64,000 bases of DNA, from positions 3,715,600 to 3,779,599 of the forward strand of contig CAJINV010000003.1 of the NCBI GenBank assembly GCA_905178155.1. Reading direction: 5' to 3'. The notes beneath the pieces are model-generated. The model worked only from the letters and a program-made list of their open reading frames with translations. It did no database searches and was not told the origin of the DNA. How positions within the stretch are numbered: the first letter of the stretch is position 1; the number at the start of each line of letters is the position of its first letter. Of the stretch, positions 22,919 through 35,875 are shown one piece after another. The translations under genes were made by a program, and so were the position numbers. The DNA comes from Amoebophrya sp. A120. Its lineage: Eukaryota; Protista; Dinoflagellata.

Positions 22919-23060
22919 GTGAGTATTTCTTTGTCGCTCAAAAAAATACAGACGCGTCTTTGGCGTAGACAGTCAACTAGGTAAAAAAAACAAAGTAGTT
23001 AATAATACGTGAATATTTGTCGCTCAAAAAAAATACGGACGCGTCTTTGGCGTCACAGAC
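22919..23060. repeat. ~50-bp imperfect direct repeat in intergenic DNA
   Basis: TTTGTCGCTCAAAAAAA(A)TAC(A/G)GACGCGTCTTTGGCGT occurs at ~22930-22966 and ~23016-23053. Confidence 0.75.
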
Positions 23061-23557
23061 ACAGATACGTAGCATTTTTTTATCAGTTTAGTCGTTACTG
23101 AATCTTAATCCAAAGCGTTCCTATGATTTTGTTTTTTTGCATTTTGTCAAAAGAATCATCAAGAGAAAAGTCGAGTCACTTGGAAACACGTCGGTGCTGA
23201 TCTCTTTGTGTCTCGTGTCGTCCTCATTTGTTGCTCCGCTTCTACCTCGGATGCTGTTACACACTGGTCGGCGGTTTCTCAACTCGAGACGCTTTGAAAT
23301 TCCAGCAGGGTAAGCATTCTTCATCGCATTTCCGTAGCACATCATCTTCATCGATCATGCTGTAGCAACTGGTGCTGATGTAAAATGCAAAAACAAATAG
23401 AATAAAATCTCGTCTGAACACCCACAAACCTCGACGAAAGCGCCGTGGTCCACAACGGAACTATTAACGCGACAAAACGCCTGCTGTCGCACTCTGCTCT
23501 GTATCTATTCTGTTCCACTAGTTCTTCATCTTGCAGCTGCTTCTTCGAATAATATTG

Positions 23558-24334
23558 TCATCTCATGACGCAACTAAGCAGGTTCGTGTTTTTCCTTCGC
23601 GAGGGACTTGTCGCTTGTACATCTTTTTTTCGTTCCCTATCAAAAGCTCCCTCACAACTCGCGTTGTTGTCGTTTTCATCATCGTCACAGGAGGACGACG
23701 CACTGCTGCTTGTTGCTCCGCCCTCGGTTGTGGACCCGGAACCTGAGGCCGTCGAACTGTGGGCCTTGAAAGAAGATGCTGAACCTCCACCTTTCGTTGC
23801 CCGCAGCCCCCGCTCTACTGCGCTGCCCCCCACCACCAGTAGTTCCTTGCCTTCCGCTCCCGCCGGGCTGCCCGTGTTCACCTTGCGCGGCGTAGGGCTG
23901 ATGCAGTTCACCAGCTTCGTGGCGATTACGGCCACGTCCTCGTAGTCGAACTGCCCGTCGCCCGTGACGTCGAGCAGGCGGTGGAGGAAGCTGGACAGTT
24001 TTCGGGACACAAACCAAAAAATTTTCGGCACGGAGATCAGCCGCAATTCGTGCAGCACGAAGAGCACCAGCACGACCCCGCTCGCCAGCCACGAATCCAC
24101 CATGGAATACCGCAACAGGAACCAGGAGACGCGGAAGAAGTAGTAAAACAGGGTGGCCGACCCGATGATGTTGCTCAGCAGGTAGAAACAGCACGCGAGC
24201 TTCCAATTTCCGTAGTACCACAGCCACAGCGTCGTCACCAGTTTCAGCCCCAGGGTCCCGACCTGCTGCCCGAATTCGTAAACAAAAAACGCGCCCTCAA
24301 CGAGAAAGCTCGCCCGGTCCATGAGATCCAACAT
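23558..24334 (-). CDS. Hypothetical membrane protein with an EF-hand-like motif
   Basis: 258-aa ORF with several hydrophobic helices, a DVTGDGQFDYED loop and a GC3-rich core. Confidence 0.7.
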   Translation of the reverse strand: MLDLMDRASFLVEGAFFVYEFGQQVGTLGLKLVTTLWLWYYGNWKLACCFYLLSNIIGSATLFYYFFRVSWFLLRYSMVDSWLASGVVLVLFVLHELRLISVPKIFWFVSRKLSSFLHRLLDVTGDGQFDYEDVAVIATKLVNCISPTPRKVNTGSPAGAEGKELLVVGGSAVERGLRATKGGGSASSFKAHSSTASGSGSTTEGGATSSSASSSCDDDENDNNASCEGAFDRERKKDVQATSPSRRKNTNLLSCVMR

Positions 24335-25209
24335 TGTGCTATTGTTCTCTGCTGTTTACAAACAAGCAAGGAGAAGCTTCTCGGCCATGGGAGTTTCGCT
24401 TGAAGAGCTTGACGCCCAGTTACGCACTTTTTAGTAGATCAATCGTCTTTATCTCGGTGAGGTAAGGCAGTATCATAGAATTATGCCCTCTCTTCGTTAA
24501 AACAGCCGACAACTTCGCTTCCCCCCACTACGTAACACTAGCCCTTTCCATATGAAACGGCGTTCTTCGACATGCCCAGCAACTCTGCTCTCTTTCTTCT
24601 CGCGACCCTCCCGAGTGTTAAAACGAAAGCGGTAGCGGAATGGTGAAAAGACAAAAAGTATAAACGAGCAAGAAATTTTGACGTCTCTTTGTTGTTTCTG
24701 GGCCTGGCCCCTGGGGCCACATTGCCCGCAAGCGATTTGCTTGAATTGATTCTGGTTGAAAAAACAAGTTCGTCAGGAATCCGTTCATCGCAAGCTCCTC
24801 TACAATGAGTCCTATGTTCTTGGGCACCTTTTTCAGCCCTAATTCGATTACAATATCACAGGTACATCCGGGTAGGATCATCACAGGATATATGCTTATC
24901 CTCAAGCAACAGGTGGAAAAATTCTACGGTCTTCAGGAAATCGAAATGGAAACCAAATACTCAACTTCCAGAAAGTCATAAATTTTACTGCGCCCTATCC
25001 AGACAGGAACACTAAAAACACGCTTTCCTTTTTAGAAGTGTGCGTATGATGTTTTTACTCCTCTGCAATTAAAAATGAGTGGTGCGCGTTCGTTCCTTCG
25101 ACAGTGTGTGGTCGATCGCCGCTTCTGGTGCGAAAGGAGAAGTCTTTGCTTGTTCTTTCGTTACACAGCTGCACCGACGCTTGCTCTACTACTTGCCATA
25201 TTGTCATCT

Positions 25210-28200
25210 TCACTTGCAGCAGCACATTTTTCCCTTCTGGTTGGGGTCCTTCAGGTATGCAAGTGCACAACTCCCCCTCCCCCTCGTTTGTATTGGCAAA
25301 ACACCAATGACACATCCTGCCTTTAGGCACTATCTGCATGCCAAATTTTCGCACCTCAAACAGTACTACAATCTGGGCACAGATTTGTCATGCGGAGGCC
25401 ACATATCAGCGGGTGTTTGTGTTGCTGTTCGTGCCATACAAATGAAAGGGAGGGGGAGTTGTGCACTCTCATATGAGGAAGCCCTTGAGTTCCTCCGGGG
25501 TGTACTGCGCACCGCCGCTGCCGCCCTTGGCGTTGAGCTCCTCGTCGGCGACGAAGCACTGCAACGTGGTGTCGACCGCGAGCCCAAACACGTCCATAAA
25601 CAGCTGGGAGACCACGTACCCGATCATGAAGAAGAGCAGCACGCACATAACCGGACTGGAAATGTCGTCCTCGTACATGGCATTCAGCACGAAGTACCCG
25701 ATAATCGTTGTGAAGACCGTGATAAAAATCATCCCGATGGCCCGCACCAGGGAGCCGATCATGGCCAGGATCCCCAGCCGCGCGGCGTTCCGCAGGATCA
25801 GGCAGAACGCGGCCCAGGCGCTGCGGCAGAAGTTCTTCCCCAAAATCGCGATCTGGATGTAGGCGTTTTTGTTCAGAAACTTCACGAACCGCTCGAAGCA
25901 CCGCACCAGGCACTGCAGAAGCGCGGCAATCTTCATCATGATGTAGTTCTTCTGCGCCTGCGCATTCCGCTTCACGTACTCCAGCGCATACTTGATGAAC
26001 TGCACCACAGCGAGAATGAACGCCCCGAAGCACAAAGAGCCTGCATTTGTAGTTTTCAGGCGAAGGATAGTTTCACTGCATCATGCTCGACGTGCGAATC
26101 ATAATTGAAATTTTTAACAATAGAAGGGAAACATTAGGGAAACAAGCAGTGAGACTGACGCGTAGAAAAAAACCGGCCGAGCGTTCATGTCCTTTTCATC
26201 TTGACACATCATTCTTATACCGAAGTGGTATCGGAAGCAGTTTTTGAGGGACGGCAGGACCGCGGCGTTGTAACCTTTGGAGTCGTTGGGGGTGAAATAC
26301 CAGACCGCCACGGCTCCCGCGATGGTGCACTGCCCGAGCGCCACGATCAGAGCGTTGTTCCACAGGAGTGAAAAGAAAACGTAGGCGAACATCGTGTCGA
26401 AGCCGTACCGCGGGGTTGTGCACCGGTAGCACTTGTCCGTGGTGGTGACGGTACCCCCGCTCACAGTGGTCGAGCAAACGCTGTTCGCGACGGGGGTTCG
26501 CGCTCCGGTTGCGTAGTTGAAGGTGTTCGCGACGCCTTCGTCGTAGAAGTAGTCCCCCGTGGGCCACTCATCGTTGCAAGCGCCGGGGGTGTCGGTGCAG
26601 CCGAAGTCCCAAAATTTGCAGTCGTTGGTGCCCGCTGCGCCAACGAGGGTGTAGGGTCCGGACTTGGAGGTGTCGGTGTTGTCGATGCTGGAGAGGACGT
26701 ACAGGGCCACAATCATCCACACCAGAAACCACAGCAGCGCGACCACCGCCTGGATGGGCGGCAGCAGAATGATGGCCTTGGTCTGGTACACGAACTTTGC
26801 GGCGACCTTGTTGACGGCGATCCCCAACTTGATTCGCGTGCACATGCACAGCACGAATAGAAAGTACAGGGCAGCCAGCGCGAGGAAGATGTAGGACATC
26901 ACTTTGTACCTGCAGGTTTGTGAAAATTCTCGAGCAGAACGAAGAGCATGCTGCTCTGTGATTGTCGGTTTCGCTGGAAGACAAGACTGACCCTGTTGAG
27001 CACCAGTGTTCTTGTACTTGTCTATTTTACTTTCCGTTTTCGGATCAAGAAGGTTAAATACGAATCCCGGTCTGCTTCGTCCTTGGTCACGCAATCCTCG
27101 ACGGTGGTCGTGGTGGCGGGAGTGGTCTCGGTTCCGTTGGTAACAACCGCCGCTACATTCATCGTTTTGTCCTCGCAAGACTGCATCGCAAAACCGTAGA
27201 TGCCCGCCCCCAGCAGCAAGCCGAACACGGATCCGATGGCGCCCCAAACGATGTACGCAACGAAGAACCGGAGCAGGATCATGAAGACGAAACCTAGGAG
27301 CCATATGAGTTGTAATTCATTTTGTTACACGACTTCTACAAGGTAAAAACAAGCACCACAAACAAATACAAGTGTACCGGTCGCGTATTAGACTGAACGG
27401 GGCTCATGAAACTGACCTACGAAGCAGTCCGGTGACCTTGTTTATTGCGTTTTCTTCATATCTAACCGACAAGAGTAGGAGCAGAATCTGCTTAAGTAGT
27501 ACCGATGACGAGGGCAAGGATTCCGACTATGACGAAGGCCCAGGCCGCGGTGGAAATGTCTCCGATCATGGTTCCGAAATCGGCGGTGACGTCGCCCATG
27601 GCCGACGATTCCGACATGGAGGAGGCCGCACTCGCAGCCGCGTTGCCCAGTGCCGCGGCGGCCGCAGCGCCCATCTTCATCACGCACATGTTGCCGATCG
27701 CCGAAAATTCCAGCCCGGGGTAGGGCACGCAGTACTGCGGCGCATCGTTGCAGACGGAAAGCGGCAAAGCCTGGTAGCTCAGCATGTCCGCCAACACCGA
27801 GGGCATCGCGTTTTGGGCCCACAATCGCGCAACAATCGGATACCTCATGATTACCACGAGTGGTTGGATTTGGATTTTTATGCACCGGCAGCGCCTTGTT
27901 CTTTGCATGCAGTGAAGTAAGTACGATTATAGGACGGGGTCATTCCTCTCGCGGTCCCTTGGCAGCCACGGACGACCAAGGGAATCATGTCGTGGTGCAG
28001 TGCTTGTCCGAAATCTCTCGCCAAAAATTTTATCTCTAAGAACATGCTACTTTCTTACCAGGAAGTGGTCGGTGCCGGGTGGTACTGGTACGTTCGCGCG
28101 GCTCCGCTCGTCGAATTCGAGCCGACTGCCCCGGCGGTCGCTTTCGCCCCGAGCGCAAACGCGGTCACGGCCTCACAAGAAGTCGCGCAAGAAGCCGTAA

Positions 28201-29607
28201 AAAAGGTTCCCAGCTGCTGCAACATACTGGGGCTCCCGCTGGTCAGCATGCTCGGATCTCCGCTTGCGAGTGCGGTCATTTTGGCTGCCGGATCGTCCCC
28301 GCTCGCGCCCGCGCACATAGCGGTTGCATCCGCCATAGCGCTGGTGTAGGCGGCGCTACTGGGGATACCTTAAGTGCAAAAGTCTATCAGATTGCCTGGT
28401 CGTGTGCCAGCAGAAATTTTCTATAAACACATCATTCCCGATGTTGATCACCAGAAAATCATAGGAGGAAGCCGCTCTTTGTCGTCGACATCTTTAACGC
28501 AGCAGAGCGATACCGTACGTGGTCGCGTACGCAATTTTTGTGCCCTGGTTACAAATATAGTTTCCCGCCCCGACGAAGTCCATCATGGCCTGAGCGTTCA
28601 TCGCAAAAAACTGCTTCTCATATCCTTCAAGCGCCCAGCCTGGCCCGTCTGCTTGGGCGTTCCAAGGATTGAAATTCCCGTTCGAGCCGCAAAAACCGCC
28701 CTTCCAATCGCGCGGAGCAGTCAACCGGACCGGATCCCCGTCACCGCCGATGGCAATCCCCATGATGATGATGAAAACCACCTGGAGGTGTAAATTTTTG
28801 AAATGCATGCCACATGCGCATCGCCTTTCCGGCGCCCGATAAGGAAATATTGGAAGCGTCTTCTTGCAAATGCGTGTTGATAATTGTTCACCTAGAAAAT
28901 CAATGCGTGACCACCTCCCTTAGTACCCAGTGCGCCGCGAAGGCGATGAGACAGAAGATATCCGTGCATCCTCGGTTTTTCACCGGCCCGTTGGAGCAGT
29001 CGTTTTCCCCGCCCTTTTATCAAATGTAAAAGTGTCTGGGTCTGGAAGATTGCAACTTGTTATGCTAAATCTGCAGCATGCAAAAATCTGTGCTGCATGA
29101 TTACCAAAAGTCGTCCAATTTTGACCAAGTCGGGAGGTAGTTTCTCATGCAGGATAGGCATTAGAAAGGTCTCGCAGAGTCTCAATCTGTCATGCTAGGT
29201 CCTGCATTCCAGACCTCATGGGTCATGGAAAAGCAGCATGACAAATCGCGCATTCTTCCAGACCCAGACATTTTTTCATTTGATACCTTTTCTAAGGGCT
29301 TGTCTTCGGCCGGGTTGGCGTCCGCAGTCGGCTTTTCGTCTATGACCCGCTCAAACGTTACAATCTCAAATGTTACAATAGAATCTGGATTTTGTGTTGC
29401 ATGATGAGCATGACAGACCCGCACTGCGTTCCACTTTCTGCATTACAAATTTCGCCAGATTCTACTGCGGTTTGGGACTCCTGAACTTGTCATGCGCAAT
29501 GCCGTGGGAGTAGGCTAGGCCATGCACCTTTTGCATCACAGATTTTCATATTCTATTGTAACAGTTGAGATTGTAACAGCTGAGCGGGTTATATCGTCCT
29601 CCGACAT
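25210..29607 (-). CDS. Choline transporter-like (CTL/SLC44) protein; six GT-AG introns plus three introners
   Basis: Spliced model MSEDEKPT..EKGGENDCSNGPVKNRGCTDIFC.., CTIAGAVAVWYF, RYHFGSLCFGAFIL, KFLNKNAYIQIAILGKNFCRSA, DTTLQCFVADEE, ending KGFLKDPNQKGKMCCCK* (stop 25210-25212). Confidence 0.93.
25256..25473. mobile_element. Introner family B, copy B2 (218 bp)
   Basis: TATGCAAGTGCACAACTCCCCCTCCC / GGGAGGGGGAGTTGTGCACTCTCATA. TSD TCAGG/TGAGG (4 of 5). Lies near the C-terminus of the CTL gene. Confidence 0.92.
29018..29285. mobile_element. Introner family A, copy A4 (268 bp)
   Basis: Family A TIRs. TSD CCTTT at 29013-29017 and 29286-29290. Removal joins the 5' exon in frame to the CTL GP.KNRGCTD exon. 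Confidence 0.95.
29341..29593. mobile_element. Introner family C (253 bp)
   Basis: ~44-bp TIRs TATGACCCGCTCAAACGTTACAATCTCAAATGTTACAATAGAAT / ATTCTATTGTAACAGTTGAGATTGTAACAGCTGAGCGGGTTATA. TSD TCGTC. Inserted in codon 5 of the CTL gene. Confidence 0.95.
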
Positions 29608-30506
29608 CTTGCCCGCCCCTGGAACAAAACTACACCTGCGCCAAGAAGTACCACTGTACCACTCAGTCTCTCCTACTGTCAGTTTTTACACAGAGACAGC
29701 AAGTGAGGAAAAAATAATTCAGCAATAGAAAAGGAATGCGTATCCTCTGTAGGAAAGAACCGGAGACGCAAAGTGCGGACTCGCACTGCAATCAATCTCG
29801 TGCGGAGCAGATAGTTTTTTCCCTCACTCTCATTCATTACACGTCTTCCAGTTGCTTTTCTGAATGATTTCAGCAAGATGACCGCCATGTTGTATCCTGA
29901 GTGTTCACGTTCTAGAAAAAACCCCTCCTCTCTTTCACTCCTGTGACCCTGAATCAGGTTGATTCCAATACCAATGAACAAGAGGAATACGACACAAGGG
30001 CTTGCTCATTCGGAAAATACAGGTTTTTTTTTCGACGTTCGAAGCCGCATGATTGCAAATCGGTATTCTCGTACAATAAAAGCTTCTGCTCAGTAGCAGC
30101 AAGGCTACTGTAAAAGCAAAGTTTTCCGGGTATTCTCAACGGCATCCAATAGTAAGTACCTCAACAACTGTCTCTTCCGTGACAAAGCCACAGAATGAAT
30201 TTACCTTTTAATACGTTTACGCGTTGTACATAAACTCTCACAGAGACTCGAAAGCTCACAGTATCATCATTCAACGGAATAGTTCACAGTTCGCTACAAA
30301 GTTCAAGTTCAGTTTGCGAAAAATACGATTGACCTGTATTCCTACGTCGATATAATTGCCCATAGAATCACGTTTCTTGCTGCCAGCCGCTGCTTCCCGA
30401 TGATGCGTCAGAAGTCCAGCCCTTGCAAGATCACGACTGGAACAATCCGCGCTTTTGGCGCAAGACCGCAACACCCGAAGAGACGAGCAGCCGGGTACTC
30501 ACTAAT

Positions 30507-33500
30507 TTACACCGCCCGATCAAGCATCGGAATGCCTAAGACCTTTTCACGCACCCGCGCAAAGGCGTCTCCGTGTCCCCCGTCGTGAAAGCGCTTGTCC
30601 CCGAGCGAAAAGTCGTCGAAGTACAGCGGGCTTTCGTACACGATCTTAGGTGCTTCAAACAGCTTGGGCTGAGGATTGAAGTGCATTTTGGGCATGATCA
30701 AGAAGGGCTTGGTCCCAGACAGTTGAGAGGAGCGTCGCGCGGCCCCATTGCTGCTCATGCTCATCCCGCCGAACCCGGTCGAGTTCCTCGTGCTGCTGGT
30801 CGGCAGGTTTGGATTGCCCAGTACCAGCTTCTGCGCGGCGCTGCTTCTTCGCGCGGACAGCTTTGGTTTGTTGTTCCCCTCCTTGTTCTCACCATTCGCG
30901 TTCCCCGAGACGCGGTTCATCTGCACATTCATATCGCTGTTCCGGTTGTGCAGGTTTGTCTCGCTGTTTCGCACGTAACGGGACAGCGCGTCGTCCTCTT
31001 GATACGCCAGCATGGATGGGCTGCTCGGCGTTACCGATGCGAATTCCTCGTTTTCCGGAAGCTGTTGTACTAGCAACCCAGTGGGGGACGAGGGCGCGCC
31101 GGAATGGTTGCTTCCCGTGGAATTCCGCCGTCTGGGCGGTTGCTGCGGCCCGGCATTGGACGGCGCGGAGGGGGTGTTACTGTTGCTATTACTACCGCCC
31201 CGGGAGAAGTAGCTGGATATTCGCTCGAAAATCCCGGCGGGCGGCGCCGCGGGCTCCTCCTCGTCTTCCTCGGGAATGCTTTTATGATTATAAAACTGCT
31301 CGCCGGGCATCGCCGGAATGTTGTCCGGTGCGGATATCCGGGCCAGCGCTTCCAGCCCGAAGTCCGGCTCGTCCTCCTCTTCGTAGATGGTTTGCTCCTG
31401 CAAGGACCCCCGCCCGAAGCACGGGTTGTTGCTTTGCTGCTCCGTCGGGCTGCTGTGCTCGATCCGGAGCAGGTCGTGCTGAAATTGCTGTCGCAGGATA
31501 TTCTTGTCCTGCTCCGACATGCGCGCGACCACGTGCTCAAACGTCGACTGGGTGTCGCCTCCGCCCGCGTCGTCAGCTGATAGATGATATGGTTTATTGC
31601 ACAGTATCAAATATGAAAGAACTTCGCAACAAATGAATCGCAATGGCAAGAACCGCGGTACAACCTTACTTCCTCAAGAATGCCTGCAGTAGACACAAAT
31701 AGAACCAATACCTCCCTGCGTCGTCTCTCGTTGCGACGATGTTGCGGACGACCTACGGTTGTATTGGGAGCTGTTCTATCAAATGTAAAAATGTCTGGGT
31801 CTGGAAAAGTGCGCGATTTGTCATGCAGCTTTTCCATGACCCATGAGCCCAGGAATGCGGGACCTAGCATGACAGATTCTGTGCGATCTCTCTCATGCCT
31901 ATCCTGCATGACAAACTCGCTCCCGACTTGGTCAAAACTGGACGACTTTTGGTAATCATGCAACACAGATTTTTGCATGCTTCAGATTTAGCATGACAAG
32001 TTGCATTCTTCCAGACCCAGACACTTTTACATTTGATATGTTCCGCCCGAGGTACTGGGACTGGCCCAGACGGGACGCGCGGTCAGACGGTCTGGAGTAT
32101 CCTATGTAAAAACATCCCCACCCCAGAGTTGTCATGCAGATTTTATTTTTTTGATTGGGCCCCGCTCTGTTGACGCATATAAATTCATCACTAAAACTAG
32201 GAGGCCGGTGTGCGTTACTTAACATGTGAAGCAGCTCTACGAATTCACCTGCCTGCCGCAGCAGGTCAAACAGGGCCGACACCTTTCACACAGTTAAGCA
32301 GTGCGCGTGTATGCGTGCACTTTTCATCTTGTTTTGATATTCTTACTATCTGCTCTTGTCCTCTGCTCCAGCACATTGCACTGCGCGTCTTGTTCTCGCT
32401 TCGCTTGCGTTTTCCCCCTCCTCCCCCGCGTGCGTGTCGTATGTCCGCGCTAGCAGGCAGATCTTCGCTTTTCATAGTGTTTTCTTCTAAACTTAGTGTC
32501 TGTTAGTCTGTATCTAGTTGCTAGTCTGTGCTGAAAAACTGAAATAAAGCGAAGCGGAAATCTTAAAGAGCTTACGCTTGACTTCAAATCGTGCTAGCAT
32601 ATTGTTTCTATTTCTCATCCCCACAACCCACGACCAGCCTCTGCTGGAAAAAAAGTTCCCTGGTGTGTTTTTTAATAGTCACAGCGGGGGGGGGGAGACC
32701 ACATTGGTCTCCCCCCGCACGAAATTTGTGATGCGCATCCCTATGATGGGCATTTCCAGTCGTGCAGATTTGCGATGACAAGAACATTTGTGATGCGCAT
32801 CCCTATGATGGGCATTTCCAGTCGTGTTTTGGAGTTTGTAATGCTGTAAACAGGATACGCATCTCGATTTGTGATGCGGCTGTCCCTGCTAACCTGCACT
32901 ACACTACGGGCTGCAACTTGTCATGCGTGGCGTCCAAACCTCCAGGATCTGTGTTGCAGAGATCCCAACTTAACTATGGTGTGGGGACATTTTTACTCAG
33001 GATATGGAGGAGGAGGCATTCGAGACGGAGCTGCGATTCGTGAAGACCGCGTCCGACTTCGGCAGTTGGGAGACGCGCTTGTGCAGTAAATTCATGTCGA
33101 TATCGTAGTCTTTTGTGATAACGCGGTTCGTTTCCACGGCCGGTCCGCCAGCACTACTCCCGCCGCCGGCACCACCGCCTACACTGCTGGCCGTATCCGA
33201 GGCGGCTGCGGAACCGTAGGAATCCCGTTTGTGGCTCTCCGCGCTCTTCCGGGCTTGACCTGCAGGTTCAGGTCGGTAGGTAGAAAAGCGGGATTATATT
33301 AAAACTCTTGTGGATGAAATATCTGCGCGAATTGCCTGTAATATTCTCCGCGCGCGCACGACGCAGAACTCCTGCGTTCTTGGTCTTTCGATATCTTAAT
33401 ATCATCTTGGCAAAGATAAGATGGATCACTCTGCGGCAAGAAATGCCGAAGCTAGCAAACGCTTTGAACGTGCCAAAATGAAAAAGCGCAAGCAGTACTT

Positions 33501-35272
33501 TTGTCTGACGTGTTGCTGATGCGGTCCACATAGGGTTTCTCCGCCTCGACTTGAAGCGACTTTCGTCGCGTTTCGTGCTCGCCGGACTGGTTGTACCAGC
33601 GGTAGCCAACCTCTGGCCCCTTCCCAATTTTGTCCCGGTGGGCGTGGGAGCTCGCGATGCTCTCACCGACATCTTCCACCAGCTGCTGCCGCGTACCGTC
33701 GACGGAATTCATCGACCTTCGGGCAACCCGCGTTTTGCAACGGATCATCAGCTCCGAGCCGTGCCCGATGCCTGGTTTGTGAACAAAAAAGTGTGCTGCG
33801 ATAATTAAAAAATGTCGCCTGCAAATAAAGATAAACCTTACCCTGGGTTCTTCGCAACGAAGTGTGGCAAGACAAAATTTCTTAAGTAGCAACATTCTTT
33901 TGTTGGAGTGAAAGTGAAACCACTCCTATGAGTATACCAGCCCTCCGCAGCGACGCGATGGGATTTGTGATCGGAATTTTGTTGTACCACAACTTCTGGT
34001 CTTTGACAGGTATTCCCGTCAGCTCTTGTATGCGCAGCTTTAAACTATCCTGCTGCATCAGCTGCATCAGATAGTCTTGTTCGGCGGCCGTGTCTGTTTG
34101 GAAATAAATGGTTTTTCTTTCTGGCTGATTTGCTCACACAACTTTGTGTCGTCGTGATCAAGAAAAAATTGTCAACAAGCAGAGGTGATTTATTCGACAT
34201 TCATTCTACTAGCCTACCTGTTTTGTTCTCCGCATTCTCTTCTTCCCGCTCTCCAAAAATCTCAGTGAACCGGTTGCGCTGGGCATTGGCGGGAAGCGCA
34301 CCTCCAATCATGAGCTCGCGGTGGACCCAAAATGCCAGACCTGTTGTGGCGTTTTATGTCCGACAATTCATTGGAGGCGACGCAATTTCAACCGAATAAA
34401 GAACGGTTGCGAAAGAAATCTCAACTATACGCAAACACCGCAAGAAACACAGGCAAAACGGTTGGGCAAAATGATGAAAATACGGTCCCCACTGAGCGGG
34501 AACTTGACGTAGATGCGAATGAGGTCGTCCGGCGCGCAGCAATTTCGCTTTCCCGTGGCGTGGCAGCTGATTGCATCGTGGCGCTCGACCTGGCTCAAGG
34601 GGAGTCCAAGGTGGGGACGCTTGCCGCTGGACAGGGTCGTCACTGTGCCGTTCCGCCCCGTCGAAGTGGCGCTCGTTCGCGTGCCGACACCGTACCTCGA
34701 CAGATAAACAAAAGCGAAGTAGATACCACTACCTATGCGGACGATTTAAGGCCGACGCGCTTGGACGTCGTCGTCGAAAAATAAAATTTTTCAGTACTAC
34801 TGTCGTGTAAAAAAATTTTCAAAAGAAAAATACGAGCCAGTCCATTCGGAATGTCTCGTGGTCTCCGTTTGCTTGGTGGCGTCGACCTCCGTATCAAAAG
34901 GAAAAATCCCCCCTCCCCATATCGAAACGAAGTCTCTGATGCTGGATTTCCGCACACAGGGCAGATTTGTCTTGCAGTGGAGGACTGTAGGCATACGCCA
35001 AGCCGCAGCCGAGAGGTTTTGACGTAGGCGCCTAGCATGGCGAACGTGTATGCTCTAAGCCCAACAGCATCACAAACCGCCTGCAAAATGTGGGGCGCTC
35101 CGTGGTCTTGCCTTCTTGCAAGCCAGACAGGATTTGAGGCCCCAAATGCGCATCACAAATTTTCAGACGGATACGTTTTCAAAATGGGGAGAGGGGATTT
35201 TTTCGTACGATACTCCGACTGCCGTGTCTGAATGTAGTCCAGCAGCTGGTCTTCCGATTTCAGTTTCTCCAT
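30507..35272 (-). CDS. Multi-exon protein with a ubiquitin-like domain and a long disordered C-terminus; three introners
   Basis: ATG at 35272 (MEKLKSED). UBL-like segments IRIYVKFPLSGDRIFI, LKLRIQELTGIPVKDQKLWYNKIPI..SLRRAGI and GHGSELMI. In-frame joins across D1 (QSE-VDAT), F1 (SSS-RPSD) and A5 (GRN-SSQY). Some exon borders are uncertain. Confidence 0.65.
31777..32038. mobile_element. Introner family A, copy A5 (262 bp), close inverted relative of A4
   Basis: Family A TIRs. TSD TGTTC at 31772-31776 and 32039-32043. Confidence 0.95.
32098..33004. mobile_element. Introner family F, copy F1 (907 bp; carries a ~0.6-kb internal insertion)
   Basis: TATCCTATGTAAAAACATCCCCACCCCAGAGTT / AACTATGGTGTGGGGACATTTTTACTCAGGATA. 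TSD TGGAG. Segments 32098-32143 and 32772-33004 align with the reverse complement of F2. Confidence 0.92.
34892..35212. mobile_element. Introner family D, copy D1 (321 bp)
   Basis: TATCAAAAGGAAAAATCCCCCCTCCCCAT / ATGGGGAGAGGGGATTTTTTCGTACGATA. TSD CTCCG. Confidence 0.93.
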
Positions 35273-35875
35273 ACTTCGTTTTTTTGCAAATACGAAATAC
35301 TGGACGAATGCACCAAGCACGTGAAAAGTTTTACAACGTAGTGCGACGTTATTACTGCGCTGTATTCTCTAACAGGGCCGGCTACGAACGGCGCAAAACT
35401 CCCTGTCCGGTGGTGACTGGTTCCCGCTGATGAGGCGGGGAGTTGCTTTTTCGCATTGAATTGGTTTATTTCTTGACAATTCTATTGCTCCCAGCTTCGC
35501 AAAGTGGAAGTGCAGCTGCACGCAGAAGCTGAGGGTGCAATTATTTCCTTCGACTCTCAAACGAATCGTGATACGTACTTACTTACTCTCTGTTAATACA
35601 TCCCTCTCTGTAGTGCAACGATAACAACGATAAGTATCACAAACTACACGACAACGATCTGCGACTGAAATTTCCTGGCTCCAACACTGATGAAAATTCA
35701 ATAGATCAGAAACCGATTGCTCGGCTACTGATTGTTACAGTAATTTCTGGTTGCAACAAGCGTTGCAATTGCAATGCGTTGGTGGAGCGCGAATGCGAGA
35801 CAACAGCGTGACCGAATCGATTCTGATGTTCAGCGTGCAATCGTGCTTTCGAGAACTTCTGGCTGTTTTGCGAAA

